In this document: positions 22,676 through 35,500 of the stretch, piece after piece | How positions within the stretch are numbered: the stretch's first letter is position 1 | How the letters are laid out: the number at the start of each line of letters is the position of its first letter | Source of the DNA: Fonticula alba ATCC 38817 | Lineage: Eukaryota; Protista; Nucleariida | NCBI GenBank assembly: GCA_000388065.2 | Contig: KB932206.1 | Direction: 5' to 3' (one strand) | Length of the DNA: 54,802 bases | Notes under the pieces: generated by a model | Databases searched by the model: none | What the model was told of the DNA's origin: nothing | What the model saw: only the letters and a program-made list of their open reading frames with translations | Position numbers and translations under genes: made by a program

Positions 22676-25589
22676 TCAGACAATGACAGAATCCGAGCCA
22701 CGATGGCCGGCAGGGCCAGGGATTTGGCCACCGGGTCCGGGAAGAGTCACTCGGACGAAGGGGGCCAGTGCCTCGGCACCCAGTGCGTCGACCAGTTCGC
22801 CGGCCAGTTGCGAATCCCCAATCAAGTGCGCCTGCAAGGGGGGAGGAGGGTCAGAGTTGGACACAGGAGGGAAGAAGTGACGGGGTGAACGTACCGTCCG
22901 GGACTTGACCGAGCTCACATCATTGGGGCCGGTGCCGCCCTCTCCAGCCAGCATGGCGCGCAACTCCAGAGCCGACAGCTGCTGGAGATCCCGCCGGAGG
23001 AGGCGCCCAACCGTGTCCACCAGTGCACCGAGGCACCGGCGGGCATCAGCATCCCGGCGCCGAGCACGGACTCGCTCTCGGTCTCCGGCATCAGCTGGCA
23101 GCCGGTCAGCCAGCTGCGCCTGGAAGGACTCGGCCAGGGCCGCGGCGAAAGGGAGGATGTGCAGGCGCACGGACTCCGGCCCAAGGGCCTCCAAGCCGCG
23201 AAGGGCACCAAAGCGCGTGGTCAATGGCCGAGCCGACGCCGCAGCGGGAGCCGCAGCCGGGGCGGGGGTGGTGGCGGGGGTGGTGGTGGTGGCGGTGGCG
23301 GTGGCGGCGGCAGTGGTCCCGGCACCGGTGGCATCGGTCCCAGGAGCCGCATTGGGTTCGGCCGGGGCGGGGGCATCGGCCATCGGCGTGTCGATCGGTA
23401 GCTCGGCCCCGGGAGCCGTCAGCCCGGCAAACAGGGCCGTTCGCAGGGTGCGCGATATCCGCGGCTGAAGGGTATGGTATGCCCGACCGTATTTCCTGAA
23501 AGAAGGGCAGAACAAGCAGGAGAGGGAGAGGGGGGGGGGGTGAGCGATGGCTGCGACAGTATTGCGACAGGTGGGTCGGAAAGGGGGAGGGGGGAGGGGG
23601 CCGCCAAGCACGCACACGATGATGGTCTTTACCACATCAGCTGCCGCCTCGCGCAGGCTCCAGTGATCGTCCTTCGCCGGGTCGGCACACAGGGTCTTGC
23701 CCACGAGGCAAGTGAGGATGGCTGGCATCAGCTGGTGCAGCTGCAGCGACATGGGCCCAAGACGAAGGTGGAAGGCAAGGGGTCAGCGAAGGCGTCGAGG
23801 TGGAGTTTGGCCAGGGGCCATGTCTGCTGGGTGCCGGCCCTTCTTCTTTGTTCCCTCCTTCCCCCCCTTCGGGCGGGGAAAAAAACCCCTGAGCCAAGGC
23901 ACGCACATAAGGCTCAATGAAGATCCCCGGGTTGGAGAGGATGGCGGCCACCATCTGGATCATGGACCGGAGGACTGGCAGGTGCCGGACATTGGAAGAC
24001 ACAGTGCCGGTGATGAACTGCGACAGGTAGGGAATCAGCGGGTGGATGCCAGAGTCCGATGCCAGGCACTGAAGGGCCGACTAGGATGGACATGCCCAGG
24101 GAGAAAGGGGGAGGGGAGCAGGCGAGGGTGAGCTGGCGTGAAAGGAAGCACCCGGGGAGAAGGCAGCGAGGAGTGCAGAGAGCAGGTAGGGACAAAGAGC
24201 GACACGCAGTTGAGCGCACATCCCGGATGGCCTCGTCCGGCTGAAGGATGCAGCTGATCATCCGGTCATAGTAGGCCCGAAGCTCCGGCGAAAGAACATG
24301 CTTCACGAGAGGCTTTGAAGGTCGGATGAAAGGGGAGAGCAAGGGGGAGGAGGGGTGAGAACCGAGCCCGGGGAACATGTACACAGTGAGAGGAGGGAGG
24401 GGCGATCAAAAGACAGAGAGGCGCACCTTGACCTCAACGCGTTCGTCCGTGGACAGGGCCTCGGCGTTCAGGGGCTTTGATGAGTCCACATCTACGGGGA
24501 GACAAAGGACAGGGGGGAGGGGGGAGGGAAGGTCGAGCAGATCCGAGAGGAGGAGTGAGTTGCCTGTGGAGGGGCAAAGGGGGAAAAGGCAGCGACTGGG
24601 GGCGGCTCGTGCGTACGGATGGGGGTAGGGTTCTGGGGGATGGCCGGCTGAACACCCTCAACCGCGAGCCAATGCGCTGCGTAAATGGACGAAAGGTCAG
24701 GGATATTGCCCGCGAGCGGCAGGAGAAGGGGGCGACAAAAGGGACAGGCAGCAGCAGCAGCAGCAGCAGCAAAGGACATGTGCGCGCACCGGTATAGCTG
24801 ATCTCAATCGGCAGCGGCGGCAGGGGGATCGACAGCAGCTCCGACAGGTTCACTTCATCATCCTCGACCGAGTACACCTCATAGGTGCCGGGCGGCGCGG
24901 CGCTCGCACCGCCGGTGCTCGAAGTCCCCGGAGCCGTCGACCCGCCGGCCTCCAGCGTGACAATCGACGACGAGGCAATGGTCTCCTTCTTGAAGCGAAC
25001 CGGCTCGCGTCCGGAGAACCCGAGGACAGGCTGAATCGCCAAGAGGCGCGAGAGAGAGGTCAGAGCACAGGGGGCGGCCGGGAGAAGTCTGGAAAGCAAC
25101 GGGAAGAAGAGGGAGAGAGAGAGGCAGCATGCCGGGCGCACTTCGATGTTCAACACACGCAAAGACTTAGACACGTCGTCGACGGTCAGCCGAGACCGGT
25201 TGCTGTGGTTCATAAATTGCAGGCTCTCCTGCAAAGGGGACGGGATGGGAGGGAGCAGCGGAGGGGGGAGAGAGCGGGAAGGGGCCGGTTAGCCTCCGAG
25301 CAGGGCGCATGGCTGGGGGGGGGGGGGAGGGGGGATCTAATTCTTCGGTTCGTGCCTGGATTACCAAGCGCAGGTGGGTCTCCAGATCCAGCGCAAGGGC
25401 AGCGGCCGAATCGTCATCCGCCAGGGCCACATCATTTTGATCGGCAATAAGCTGGCCGACATCGGCGGCGGGGGGGGGGGGGAGGAGGAACCGAGGGTCA
25501 GCAACCGATGTCGCCAGCGGCGAGATGGGCATCACAGGAAGTGGCGGACGATGGCGCACCCGGACACAGTCAGGGGATATGATGCTCAT
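22676..25589 (-). CDS. TAF6: TFIID subunit TAF6, multi-exon
   Basis: Histone fold MSIISPDCVR-LIADQ..ALALDLETHLRLVIQ-ESLQFMNHSNRSRLTVDDVSKSLRVLNIE-PVLGF. HWLAVEGVQPAIPQNP, KHVLSPELRAYYDR, SNPGIFIEPY, LHQLMPAILTCLVGK, DHWSLREAAA, YHTLQPRISRTL, TRFGALRGLEALGPESVR. Confidence 0.95.
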
Positions 25590-25981
25590 CGCGGGGAAAT
25601 GCAAAGAGGAAAAAGGGGGGCAAGCAGGGAGGCAGCAGTGCCGGGGGCTGCCAGACACCAACCCACCGATCGGGGGCGCTTTGGGTAGGTGCCTCCCCCG
25701 GCCGCGCCCCCCCCCCCCCCCCCCCCCCNNNNNNNNNNNNNNNNNNNNNNNNNNNNNNNNNNNNNNNNNNNNNNNNNNNNNNNNNNNNNNNNNNNNNNNN
25801 NNNNNNNNNNNNNNNNNNNNNNNNNNNNNNNNNNNNNNNNNNNNNNNNNNNNNNNNNNNNNNNNNNNNNNNNNNNNNNNNNNNNNNNNNNNNNNNNNNNN
25901 NNNNNNNNNNNNNNNNNNNNNNNNNNCGCCCCGCCCCGCCCCGCCCCGCCGCCCCGCGCCTCGCATTAATCCCCCTCCGCG

Positions 25982-28900
25982 ATGAACAATTTGGAGGGCC
26001 TCCGCCGCGCTCTGGCCCAGGCCCAGTCTCAGGCGTCCGGCCTGGCGCCCGGTGCCCGAGCCCCCGGAGCCGCCCTCCTCCCGGAACACCTCATCCACGA
26101 CATTATCGCTTTGGCCCTGGCCGGGGTCGGGCCCGGCAGCGACTCGTGTTACCTTTCGGCCGATGAGAAAGTGCGCTGCCCGTGCTCTGTCTGTCCCTTC
26201 CTCCTCTGGACCTTGCCAAGCTGCATACTGAGCTCTGCTTCGCCATGCCCCCCGTCGATAGGAGTATCTCAGCCTGGGGTACCTGCTTCGGCGGCTGGGC
26301 GACTATGTGACGGCTGTCGGCGGCCGATGCCCGGTGGATGCTCACCTGGCCGGGCATTTGAATGTCGGCCCGGAGCTCACCAGCGACCTGGCCACGCACC
26401 TGGTCCAACGCACCGGTGGAGAGTTCCAGATCGTCGGCGGCTGCCTCACTTCAAGGTACGCCCGGGCTGGGGCCTCTCCCTTTGGCGTCCGAGGGATGGC
26501 CTGGCCCGACCGCCGCGCCCGCCCGGACGGGGCGCCAGCCACTCACCTGCCTCTTTGTCTGCCCGCCTGTCGCCGTTGGTGTGTCTGCACGCGCGCACGC
26601 ACGCTCCATGGGCCGGGCCAGCCATTATGTCGAGAGAGCGGCCGAACTCGGGGCCGAGGCCCTGCGCCAGGCTGGCGGGTTCCTCGGCGCGGCGGACTTG
26701 GCCACGCTCGTGGATCTGCCCGGGCCCTTCATTCGCAGTCATGTTGTCCCGGGTATCCGGCGGCTTTTGGCGCTGGAGTCGCCCGACGGCCGGCCCAACA
26801 CGGTGACCCTCTGTCCGCTGAGCGGGGCCCTCTTCACCGGGCACTACTTGGCCCAAGTTGCGGACCAAGTGTGCGCGGCCTTCGAGTCCTCGGTCAGGTG
26901 CGATCCTCCCTGCCCCGGGGTCCATGCCTCGCTCGGCCTCTAACATGCTCATCGCGCTGCCCCCCCCCCCCCCTCAGACCGGTGCTCCTGGCCAAGGTCC
27001 TCACCCAGCTGGGCATCCCGCCGCCATTGTGGGAAAGTGCGCTGCCTTTCTTGCCACGGAACACATGCCGGCCGCCCATGTGCGCCCATCTAACCCGCCT
27101 TCCTCCGCAGACGTGACCACCGCCCTGCGCTCGCGGCTCGCGGCCAGCCCCCTGCGCGGCCGGCTTGTGGCCGGGGCTCCGGAGCCTGCCGGAGCAGCAC
27201 GCCTGACCCCGGACCAGGCAGAGGCATACATTGCCTTCCCGCATCCGATCCCTGTCACGGGCGCCCCGGCAGCCAGCATGGTCTTCGTGTCGGAGGACTA
27301 TCATCAAGCCCTGCGCACCCTGCTCCAGGACCAGCTGGACAAGGCGGGCTTCTTGTGTATGTGCCTCGCCCTCTTTCCGTCGCTCTCCCCTTCGCCCTGG
27401 CTCTCGAGCCGGGCCCCTCGATGTGGCCTCCCCCCCCCCCCCCCCTGACAGCTGCTCCCCTCGGCCACTTGCCAGCCTTTTCATGGCTCCGATCGATTGG
27501 TGCCCAGCATCCCCAGGCCTCGGCCAAACTGTGCGTCCTCTTTGCAGCCTCCCCGAGCGGTGCCATGGCATGCTCTGCACTCGCGCCGCCTCTGACCCTG
27601 TACCCCCGGCCTGCTAGCTACCTCGGGGATGTGCCTCTGCGCGAGACGGCGTCCATGCTCCTGGAGCCGGAGCGCTACATCTCCCGCTGCGGCCTGGCAG
27701 CCGCCACGGCGCAACTCCTCCTCGACCCGGTCTTCAGCCAAGAGGAGTCCCTTGGCTTCATGGTGTCGGTACGTCTGGGCTCTTCGGCCTGCGCGAGGAG
27801 GGCCAAGCAAAGGGGCGAAAGCCCCCTCCCTCCCCATGTCCTCTCCGCCCCCTGGGCTCGGATTCTTACCTGCATCGGTGGCGATTCCAAAAAAAAAAAA
27901 AAAAAAAAAAACCAGGAGCTCCTGGATGAGGATATCTCCGAGAATCTGGCCCTGGACCTGATCCGCGCGGCCCTGTTCGAGGCGCTTCCTGCGGCCGGCG
28001 CCCCGGCGCGCCTGCTGCTGCTCCCGGCGTCCGGTCTACCTGCCGAGCATCCGTCCGCCCCGGCATTGGTCGATCTCCTGCTCGCGGACCCGGCGGGCGA
28101 ACCCGGTGAGGTGGCTGCTTCGGGCCCGAAAAGTGTGGAGGTGGTGGACCTTCGTCCTTCGGACGCCGTGCTGCCGCCCCCGGCGCCTGGCGGTGCCACC
28201 TTCCTCCTCCTTTCGTCGGGCCGTCCTCCGGCCGAGGCCCCGTCAGCTGGCCATGGATGGGGCTTCCTGCTGGCCGGTGCCGGGGTGTCGGGGCTCCTTC
28301 GCGCCGCGATGGCGGCCTTCCTGCCGGGAATCCCGGCCGATGGCAGGGCCCCGGCCCCGGCCACCGGCACTTGGGGCCCACGGCGCCGGCGCCAGGGCAC
28401 CGGCCCAGCGCGCTGGCAGCGCCAGGCCGACGCCACTCTTCGGGGTCTGGTCCGGCATACGGTCGCACACTTGGCCCGGTTGCCGCGGGTCCTGGCGCCG
28501 ACCGGCCTCCTGGCTCTCGGCCAAGCCCAGGCCATTTGCCAAGCGCCAGCCCTGCTCGAGCACCTGGGCGGCTTGCTTCGCGAGCACTTCGACCTAACGC
28601 CCGCCCTGGTGGCGGGCCTTTTGCCGCTGCTCGCCGGTCCGACGCTCGCGGACTTGTCCCGGCGCCTGACGCACCTGGTCAATGACCGGCTCCTGGCCGG
28701 GCTACGGGATGTCCAATGTCCGCAGCCGGCATGGCCATGGCCGGCTGGTCGGCCGGCTGGCAGCGGCCAGTCGCCATCTCACCCGGGGGGCTCCGCCCTG
28801 GCCGGTGCCGCGGCATCGGGCCTCGCCCTGGCGGCCAGCGTCCTGCGTGCGGGCCACGTGCTTTCCGGGGCCGGGGTCCGTGGCAGCGCCGATGCCAGCC

Positions 28901-30282
28901 TGGCCTCAATCAAGCATGCCTCCATGTTCCTTACTCGGGACTTGCTGGCCGGGCTGCTGTCTCAGGCCGGGGGCGCTGGGCCGGGAGTGCTTGACGAGGC
29001 GCTCTGGCCGGCGGGGCCCCCCTCGCGAGCTGGCCGGTCGTCCGCCACCTCGGTGGAAGCCCTGCTCGGGCAGTTGACCCATTGCCAGCCAGCTGCCGGG
29101 GATTTGGCCCCGCTTTTCGAGCTCCTGCGGCGCTGCCCGGGGGAGGACCTCTTCCCCGGGCTGTGGGCCACCTTGACCGCGCTGACTCGCTTGGGCATGG
29201 CATGCGCGCGGCCTGAGGCCCTGGACAGCCCGGGCCAAGGCCAACCCCATGGGTCGGATTCGTGCGACGCCGCTGCCCTGTGCTGGACCCTGGCCGAGGG
29301 CGCTGCCCCCAGTCGACAGGGTCTCGAGCCATTGCTCCGGCCGCCGGCCGGATCGGCGGACTCCTCGGACCCGCTCCTTGGCCACTTGGCCAGCCTGCTG
29401 GCGGATCTCATGTTCGAGGCGCTGACGCTCTTGCGTGCAGCCACGCCGGCCGCGGTTGGCCCATTGGATTTCCCGTGCGCCTGCGCCTTCGAAATGCCAC
29501 CTCGCGGGCAGCCCGCCCCTCTTTTTCTCCCCTCACCTCCCCTTGGCCTTTTCTCTCTCTCTTTGTCTCGCTTCCCCCCTCTCACCCCGCCTGTTCATCC
29601 CCTGACCCGGCTCCCCACTGTGGCCCTGGCCGTAGCAAACTCGCGGACAGCCGCCGCGAGGGCCACCAAGCCAAGTTGGCCGGGATGCTGGATCAGCTTC
29701 GACGGGAAGCTGCCCGCGCGGCCCTGGCCGAGCCTGACGATGGGCCCCGGCCGATGACCCTGCCCAAGCGCCTGGTAGATGCCACTGTCCAGGCGGCCAG
29801 TTTGATTGTCTGCCTGGCGGTGGAAGCCGGCCTGTCGCCCAACGGCGTCCTGCCGGCTTGCCTGCTGCTCCCGGGTGGCGCTCTGATTGAGCATCGCGGC
29901 GCCCTCTTGGACCTCGCCGGCCACCCGGACCCAGGCCTGCTGCCGCACATCGACCAGTTGCTGGGGTCGGTCCTTCGGGCGCCGCACCGCCCGGTCGGCG
30001 AGGTGGTTGTACGTGCCCTGCCGGAATCGCGCTCCCATGCCCACTGTCTCGTCCCCGGCGCCCCGCATTTGTCAGGCGGCTAGCCCCATTCCTCGCAGTG
30101 CTGTAACTAACTCCTCACGCCCCCTCCCCCACCCACCCCTGGTGTGTGCGCCATATGTGCGACCGTGCCTGACCGGGGGGGTGCGCACATTTCGGCCGGC
30201 GCCCGCGCGATCGATGCAGGCTCTGCTCGAGGGACTCGTCCGCCGGATTGCCCCAACTGCCAATGCATTGCCGGACCAGTGA
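25982..30282 (+). CDS. UFL1: E3 UFM1-protein ligase 1 (UFL1), divergent C-terminal half, multi-exon
   Basis: LRRALAQAQ..LLPEHLIHDII..SADEK-EYLSLGYLLRRLGDYVTAVGGR..HLNV..FQIVGGCLTS-SHYVERAAELGAEALRQAGG..ADLATLVDLPGPFI..GALFTGHYLAQ follows the UFL1 N-terminal winged-helix region (TLDGKEYIT..GGRV..QLVLGQLI..YLD..YDLP..IFTEAFV). The 3' exons are less certain. Confidence 0.75.
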
Positions 30283-30775
30283 ATGGACTCTAATCTTTCG
30301 CGGCATTTTTTCCCCCCCCGCCCAACCGCTGTTGTGTCTTCTTGAGGCAGGCCGAGATGGGCGTCGGACAAGGGCGCGGCGGGCAGGGGGGCGGGCAGCG
30401 CACAAAAAGCCCGAAGGTGGCTGGCCGTGTGGCAGGGGGGGAAGGACATCCTCGCAGCCGTTTCGGTGTCAATCCGCCCCCACACCTCCCCCCCCCGAGG
30501 CCGATCATTTTTTTCCTTGGGCCCCCCGCTGGAACGCCTCGGACGCCAAGAGGCACTGAGGTTGGGAGGACCTCGGGGGAACGCCTGGATAAAATTGCCC
30601 CGCCATCCGTTTTTCCTCGCCTGTTTTACCCCCTCCCTCCTCGGCCCTTGCCCTCTTTCTCTCTCTCCCTCTCTCTCCCTCTCTCTCCCTCTCTCTCTCT
30701 CTCTCTCCCTCCCTCCCTCTCTCTCTCTCTCGCCCCTTCCCCTCTCGTGACCCCCCCTCGCGGTATCTTGCGCAA

Positions 30776-33297
30776 ATGCCCCCTCGGCATGCCCCGCCGG
30801 AGGTCCTCTCCCCGAGGATCGCTCCCGAGCCGGAGAGTGAGATCTCCTCCGGAGATGACTCTTCCGAATTTGATGACGCCAACAGCGAGCCGCTCGCCCT
30901 GGCACCCGAGCTACCGACGCTCACCCTCACTCAGATCACCCTTCCCCCGGGAGAGGCGAAACCGACTCCGCCGAAGCGCCCCCGCGTGGGCGATGGCGGC
31001 ATTACCCTCCCCTCACGCATGTCCCAGCTCCACCGGCTGATGACCAGCGCCGCCGAGCTGGACAGCGCCGGGGCTGCTGCGACTGCGGCCGCCGCGGCCG
31101 CCATCGCCGTCGACGCCCCGGCCGAGGACCGTGTGGCCCTCATCGCCGACCTGGCCAAGCGTCAGGAGCCACGTCGCGGCCGGCCTGGCCTCGGCCTCCC
31201 GGGTACCGGGTCGCTGGGGCCCCCAGGACGAGTCCCCACACCTGGGCGCAGCTCCGGGCGCCGCCGCAAGGAGCGTAGTGGTGTGCGTTACAACATTCCT
31301 CCCCCCCTCCCCCGCGCACGCGCACCCCGCATGTCCCCGCCCCACTGCTCGCCCGTGTGTGTGTGTGTGTGTGTGTACCCGGTGTTCCTCTCCCTCTCTC
31401 TCTCCCTTCCCTCCGCCCCGGTCTAAGAGCTGACCCCCCCCCCCCCCCTCGCGCCTTCGGCCCTCATGCCAGCGCCGGCGCATTGGCGAGATCCCAGCAC
31501 ACATGACCGACATCATGGGGCAGGCCAACCTGGCATACATCAACAATGACTTCCAAAAGGCGACGCTGCTCCTGTGGCAGGTCATCCGCGAGGCGCCCCA
31601 GGCCCTGTCGCCGTACCAGACCCTGGGGTCCATCTCGGACGCCCAAAACGACCCGGCCCGAGCGCTGCAGTTCTACCTCATCGCGGCCCATCTGTCCCGC
31701 CGGGATCCCGACATGTGGCGCCGGGTGGGCATCATGAGCTATGAACAGGGCCAGGCCGACCAGGCGCTGTATTGCTTCTCGCGAACCCTCGGCCTCCGGC
31801 CCAAGGACCCGGATGCCCTGTGGTATCGGGCCCAGTTGCAGGCCGAGCGCGGCGACCCCCGCCGCGCCATCGAGTCCTACCGGCAGCTGATTGACTCGCT
31901 GGAGGAGCACCGCCGCGCGTTGGAAGCCCTCCCCTCGATCGAGGCCCTCAGCCAACTGGGCGGCGCCCGACGCAGCAAGATCGCCGGAGATGGGCGCCTC
32001 GCCGGGGGCCCGGGCGGCCGCGCGTCCGGCTACGGCCCCTACCATGGCAGCGATGATGAGGAGGACCAGGATGAGAAGGAGGTGACGGCGGCGGCCGCGG
32101 CGGCCGCGGCCGCGGCCGTGTCCATCCCCGCCGGCTCCGAGCTCCTGGTGGCCCGGGAGCTGGTGCGCCTGTACACCAAGACCAATCAGCTGCCCGCGGC
32201 GGTCCGCCAGTATGAGGCGGCCTTTGTGACGCAGCGCCAGCGCGCCGCCACTCGGTACACTCTGGAGGACCACCAGCAGCGCATGGTCCTGCTGACCCAG
32301 CTGGGCCTCGGGGACTTTGAGTCCGAACCGATGCCGGCCCCGGTGGAGCTCAACCTGTCGGATGCCAACATGCTGTGCGAGCTATACATCATGCTGCGGC
32401 GCTTTTCGCGGGTGGTGCGCATCATCGAGATGTTCGCCCTCCCCTATGCCCAGGCGGAGATCCGGGCCGAGCGGTCTCTCGCCGGTGACACGAGCCCCGG
32501 CCCGGATCCGGGCGATCTGTCGGTCCTCCCCCTGGAGCTGCTGGTGAAGCTGGCCCAGGCCAAGATCAAGCTCCATAAGCCGCAAGAGGCCACGGTGCGC
32601 ATTCCCCGGTGTTGGGACCGGGCGAGGGCCTTTGCCCGGCAGTCACATCACGCCATCCATCATGGCCGAGGGGCCCTCATCACCACTGACCACACATGTG
32701 CCGACGCCTTTGCGCTGGCTTCCTCCTGCTCTGCCTCCTTCCAGGCCATCTTGGACATGGTGAAGTTGGACAACTTCAGCACCTACAGCGACATCTACCT
32801 GGAAATTGCGGACGCCTATTTCGATCTGTCCCTCTGGTCCAAGGCCGAGGCCATCTATGAGCAGATCTTGGAAATTGATCAGGTCCATCACCGCCCCCCA
32901 CCCCCCCCCCCCCCCCCCCCCCCCCCCGCCCCCGCCCTCTCTCCTTTTGGCGGCATGGCGGCCTGGGACCTTCGTGCGCTCGCCGGGAGCCGGATGCCGG
33001 GTGGGACACCGTCGAGCGAAAACGGCCGCCGCCCCCCGCCTCGGGCTGGGCCCAGTGCCCGGACTTCCTGAACACATCTGGTCCGGCCGAGGGGTCCCCA
33101 GATGAACCCTCTGCTGGCTGCCGACGAGCTTGCTCCCTCTTCCCGCCCTTGCATTTGTCCTGTGCTCCGTTTGCCATCCGTCCCTTCCGGCCCCTCATCC
33201 TTCAGTGGGGGAGACTGCGCACACTCACACACCGCCACACGCCCCAACGTGGGTGCACACACACATACGCCCCCCTGTGCACGCCCTCCTCTCGCCC

Positions 33298-33340
<43 letters not shown>

Positions 33341-35500
33341 CCCGTCCCCCCGCCGGTGCCCATCGCCTCCATGTGCACATGCACACCGGCCATGCCCATC
33401 ATTGACACCTCGCCCCTGCAGTATGACTCGGTTCCGGTGTGGCTTCGGCTGGCATATTGCCACTTGAATGCCAACAACGCACCACGCGCCATCGAGCTCT
33501 ATGAGGATGCGCTGCGCGTGGAGCCCATGCGCATGCAGCTGCACTTGATCTTGGCCCGGCTGAAAGACTCGGTCGCCTCCGGGGCCGGGATTCCCGACGG
33601 CCGGCCCCTTCGACAGGATATCATCGACGCGGCGGCCATGAACTGGCGCAGCACCGGCAGCCAACTGGCCAGCGAGGGGGATTCCTCGACCGGTGGCCCG
33701 GGCTCCGGGGCCGGTGGCGACCATGGGCCCGGGGGCGCGGCTTCGTCGCACGCCGGGCCTCGCGCTCGTCGGGCGGCCCTGCTGAATTGCTACTCGACGC
33801 CCATCAGCCCGGCGCAGCAGCGCAGCGTGGCCGCGGCATCGGCCCTGCTTGGGGAGTGCTATCGTCGGGTGCTGCGAGCCCATGGGACCCTGGAGTCCGG
33901 GTCGGTGGCCGGGTCGCGTGTCGGCGCAGACATCGGCGATCCGACCGGCGCCGGGCAGTGGACCAATGCGCCGCGCGATCCCGCGGCCTTTTTGGCCGCG
34001 TGTGACCGGCTGTTTGACCGCCTGCGCGAGGCGGCCCTCGAATTTGATCCCCATGCCCCGGAGGACTCGCGTGCCGGGCTGTCTCACCAGCTTTCCGCCG
34101 GGTCCGGCACGGGCCCCGGGGAGGCCCTCAGCCAGCGTCACCTGTCACGCCTGGCCGATGGCGGCATTCCCGGGGAAATGTGGCTTCGCTTGACCGCCCA
34201 GTACATGGACTGCCAGCTGCGGGCCGGCCGGCCGGACCGAGCTCTGCACGCGGTCCAACTCCTGGAAGCCAGTAATGTGCTGGGCCGGACGCCGGGCCGC
34301 CAGCAGCGCCTGCGCCTGTTGCAGTTGGCCGCCGGCGTGTGGGCCGGGGACTTGCGCTTTGCGCTGGACAGCACCCGGTGGTTCTTCTCCGGCAAGGAGG
34401 CCGAACGCCCGCGCGTGGAGGCCGCCGTCAACCTGTGGCACGTGGCATGCGCCGCTGGGCCGACCGCCGCGCGTACACTCAGCGACACGGTGGTCTTCCG
34501 GTTTGTGCAGCGCCTCCTGCAGTCGGAGCTCAGTCGCGACCGGACCCCGGCCCTGCACCTGATGGCCGGGCACCAGATGCTGGCGAAGCGCTCCCTCGGC
34601 CTGGCCCTCATGTACTACACCCAGGCCTTGACCATTCGTCCGCATCTGCCCCTGACGAATCTCTGCCTGGCTGTGGTCCTGCTCGAGCGGTCCATGCAGC
34701 GCATCGCCACCAATCGCCACATGCTCCTCCTTCAGGCATTCACCTTCTTCTATCGGTATGCGGAGCTCCGGACCCGGTCCGGCACCCTGGGTCCCCCGGG
34801 CGATGGGCTTCCCACCCCGGGGCAAGAGGCGCAGCCCGAGCATGCGCCAGCCCCCCAGTCCCCGCAGGACCCGGGGCCCATGGCCACCTTGGCGGCCCCC
34901 GGGCTCGGGGGAACACCCCCGATGGCCGGCGCTCCGCCGGCCATGCCCGACATGCCGGCCATCCTGGCCCGGTCCTTCGATCGGCAATTGGACATGCTGC
35001 TGCCGGATGACTCGGCTGGGCTTGGGAGTTCGGCGGTCGTCCGATCGCAGGAGGCTTTCTACAATCTCGGCCGCGCGTATCAGCATGTTGGCCTCAACTA
35101 TTTGGCCATTCCGTGCTACCTGCGTGCGCTGGGTCTCTCTTCGGAGTATGAGGTGCGTGAGCGATGGGGGACGGGGGGAGAGAAGGCCCCGACGCCGACG
35201 AGCCCCACACCTGCACCCTTGTGCATTTGGCCCTTCTTTTTTTCTTTCTTTCTTTTCCCTAACCCGACCGACTCTCCTCGCGTCCTGCGACTTTCCTTCG
35301 GCGTGCTGTCGGGGGAGGGGGGGAAAAAAAAACCCGGCATCCGACCGGCATGCGCGCGCACCGACGTGGCCAAACCATAGCGCGTGCAGTACGACTCGGA
35401 TCTGCGCTACGAGGCGGCCTACAATCTGCACTTGATCTACGTGCACCAAGGGAACTGGGCCCAGGCCGCCACCATCATGGACCAATATTTGGTCATCTAG
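30776..35500 (+). CDS. GTF3C3: TFIIIC subunit TFC4/GTF3C3 (tau131, TPR protein), multi-exon
   Basis: Acidic N-terminus. IMGQANLAYINND, PYQTLGSI, ALQFYLIAAHL, DMWRR, QALYCFSR, LPLELLVKLA..KL, DIYLEIADAY, VWLRLAYCH, GHQMLA..ALMYYTQA..P.LPLTNLCLAV..RSMQR..NRHMLLLQAFTFFYRY, QEAFYNLGRAYQHVGL.YLAIPCY, LRYEAAYNLHLIY...YLVI* (stop 35498-35500). Confidence 0.93.
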
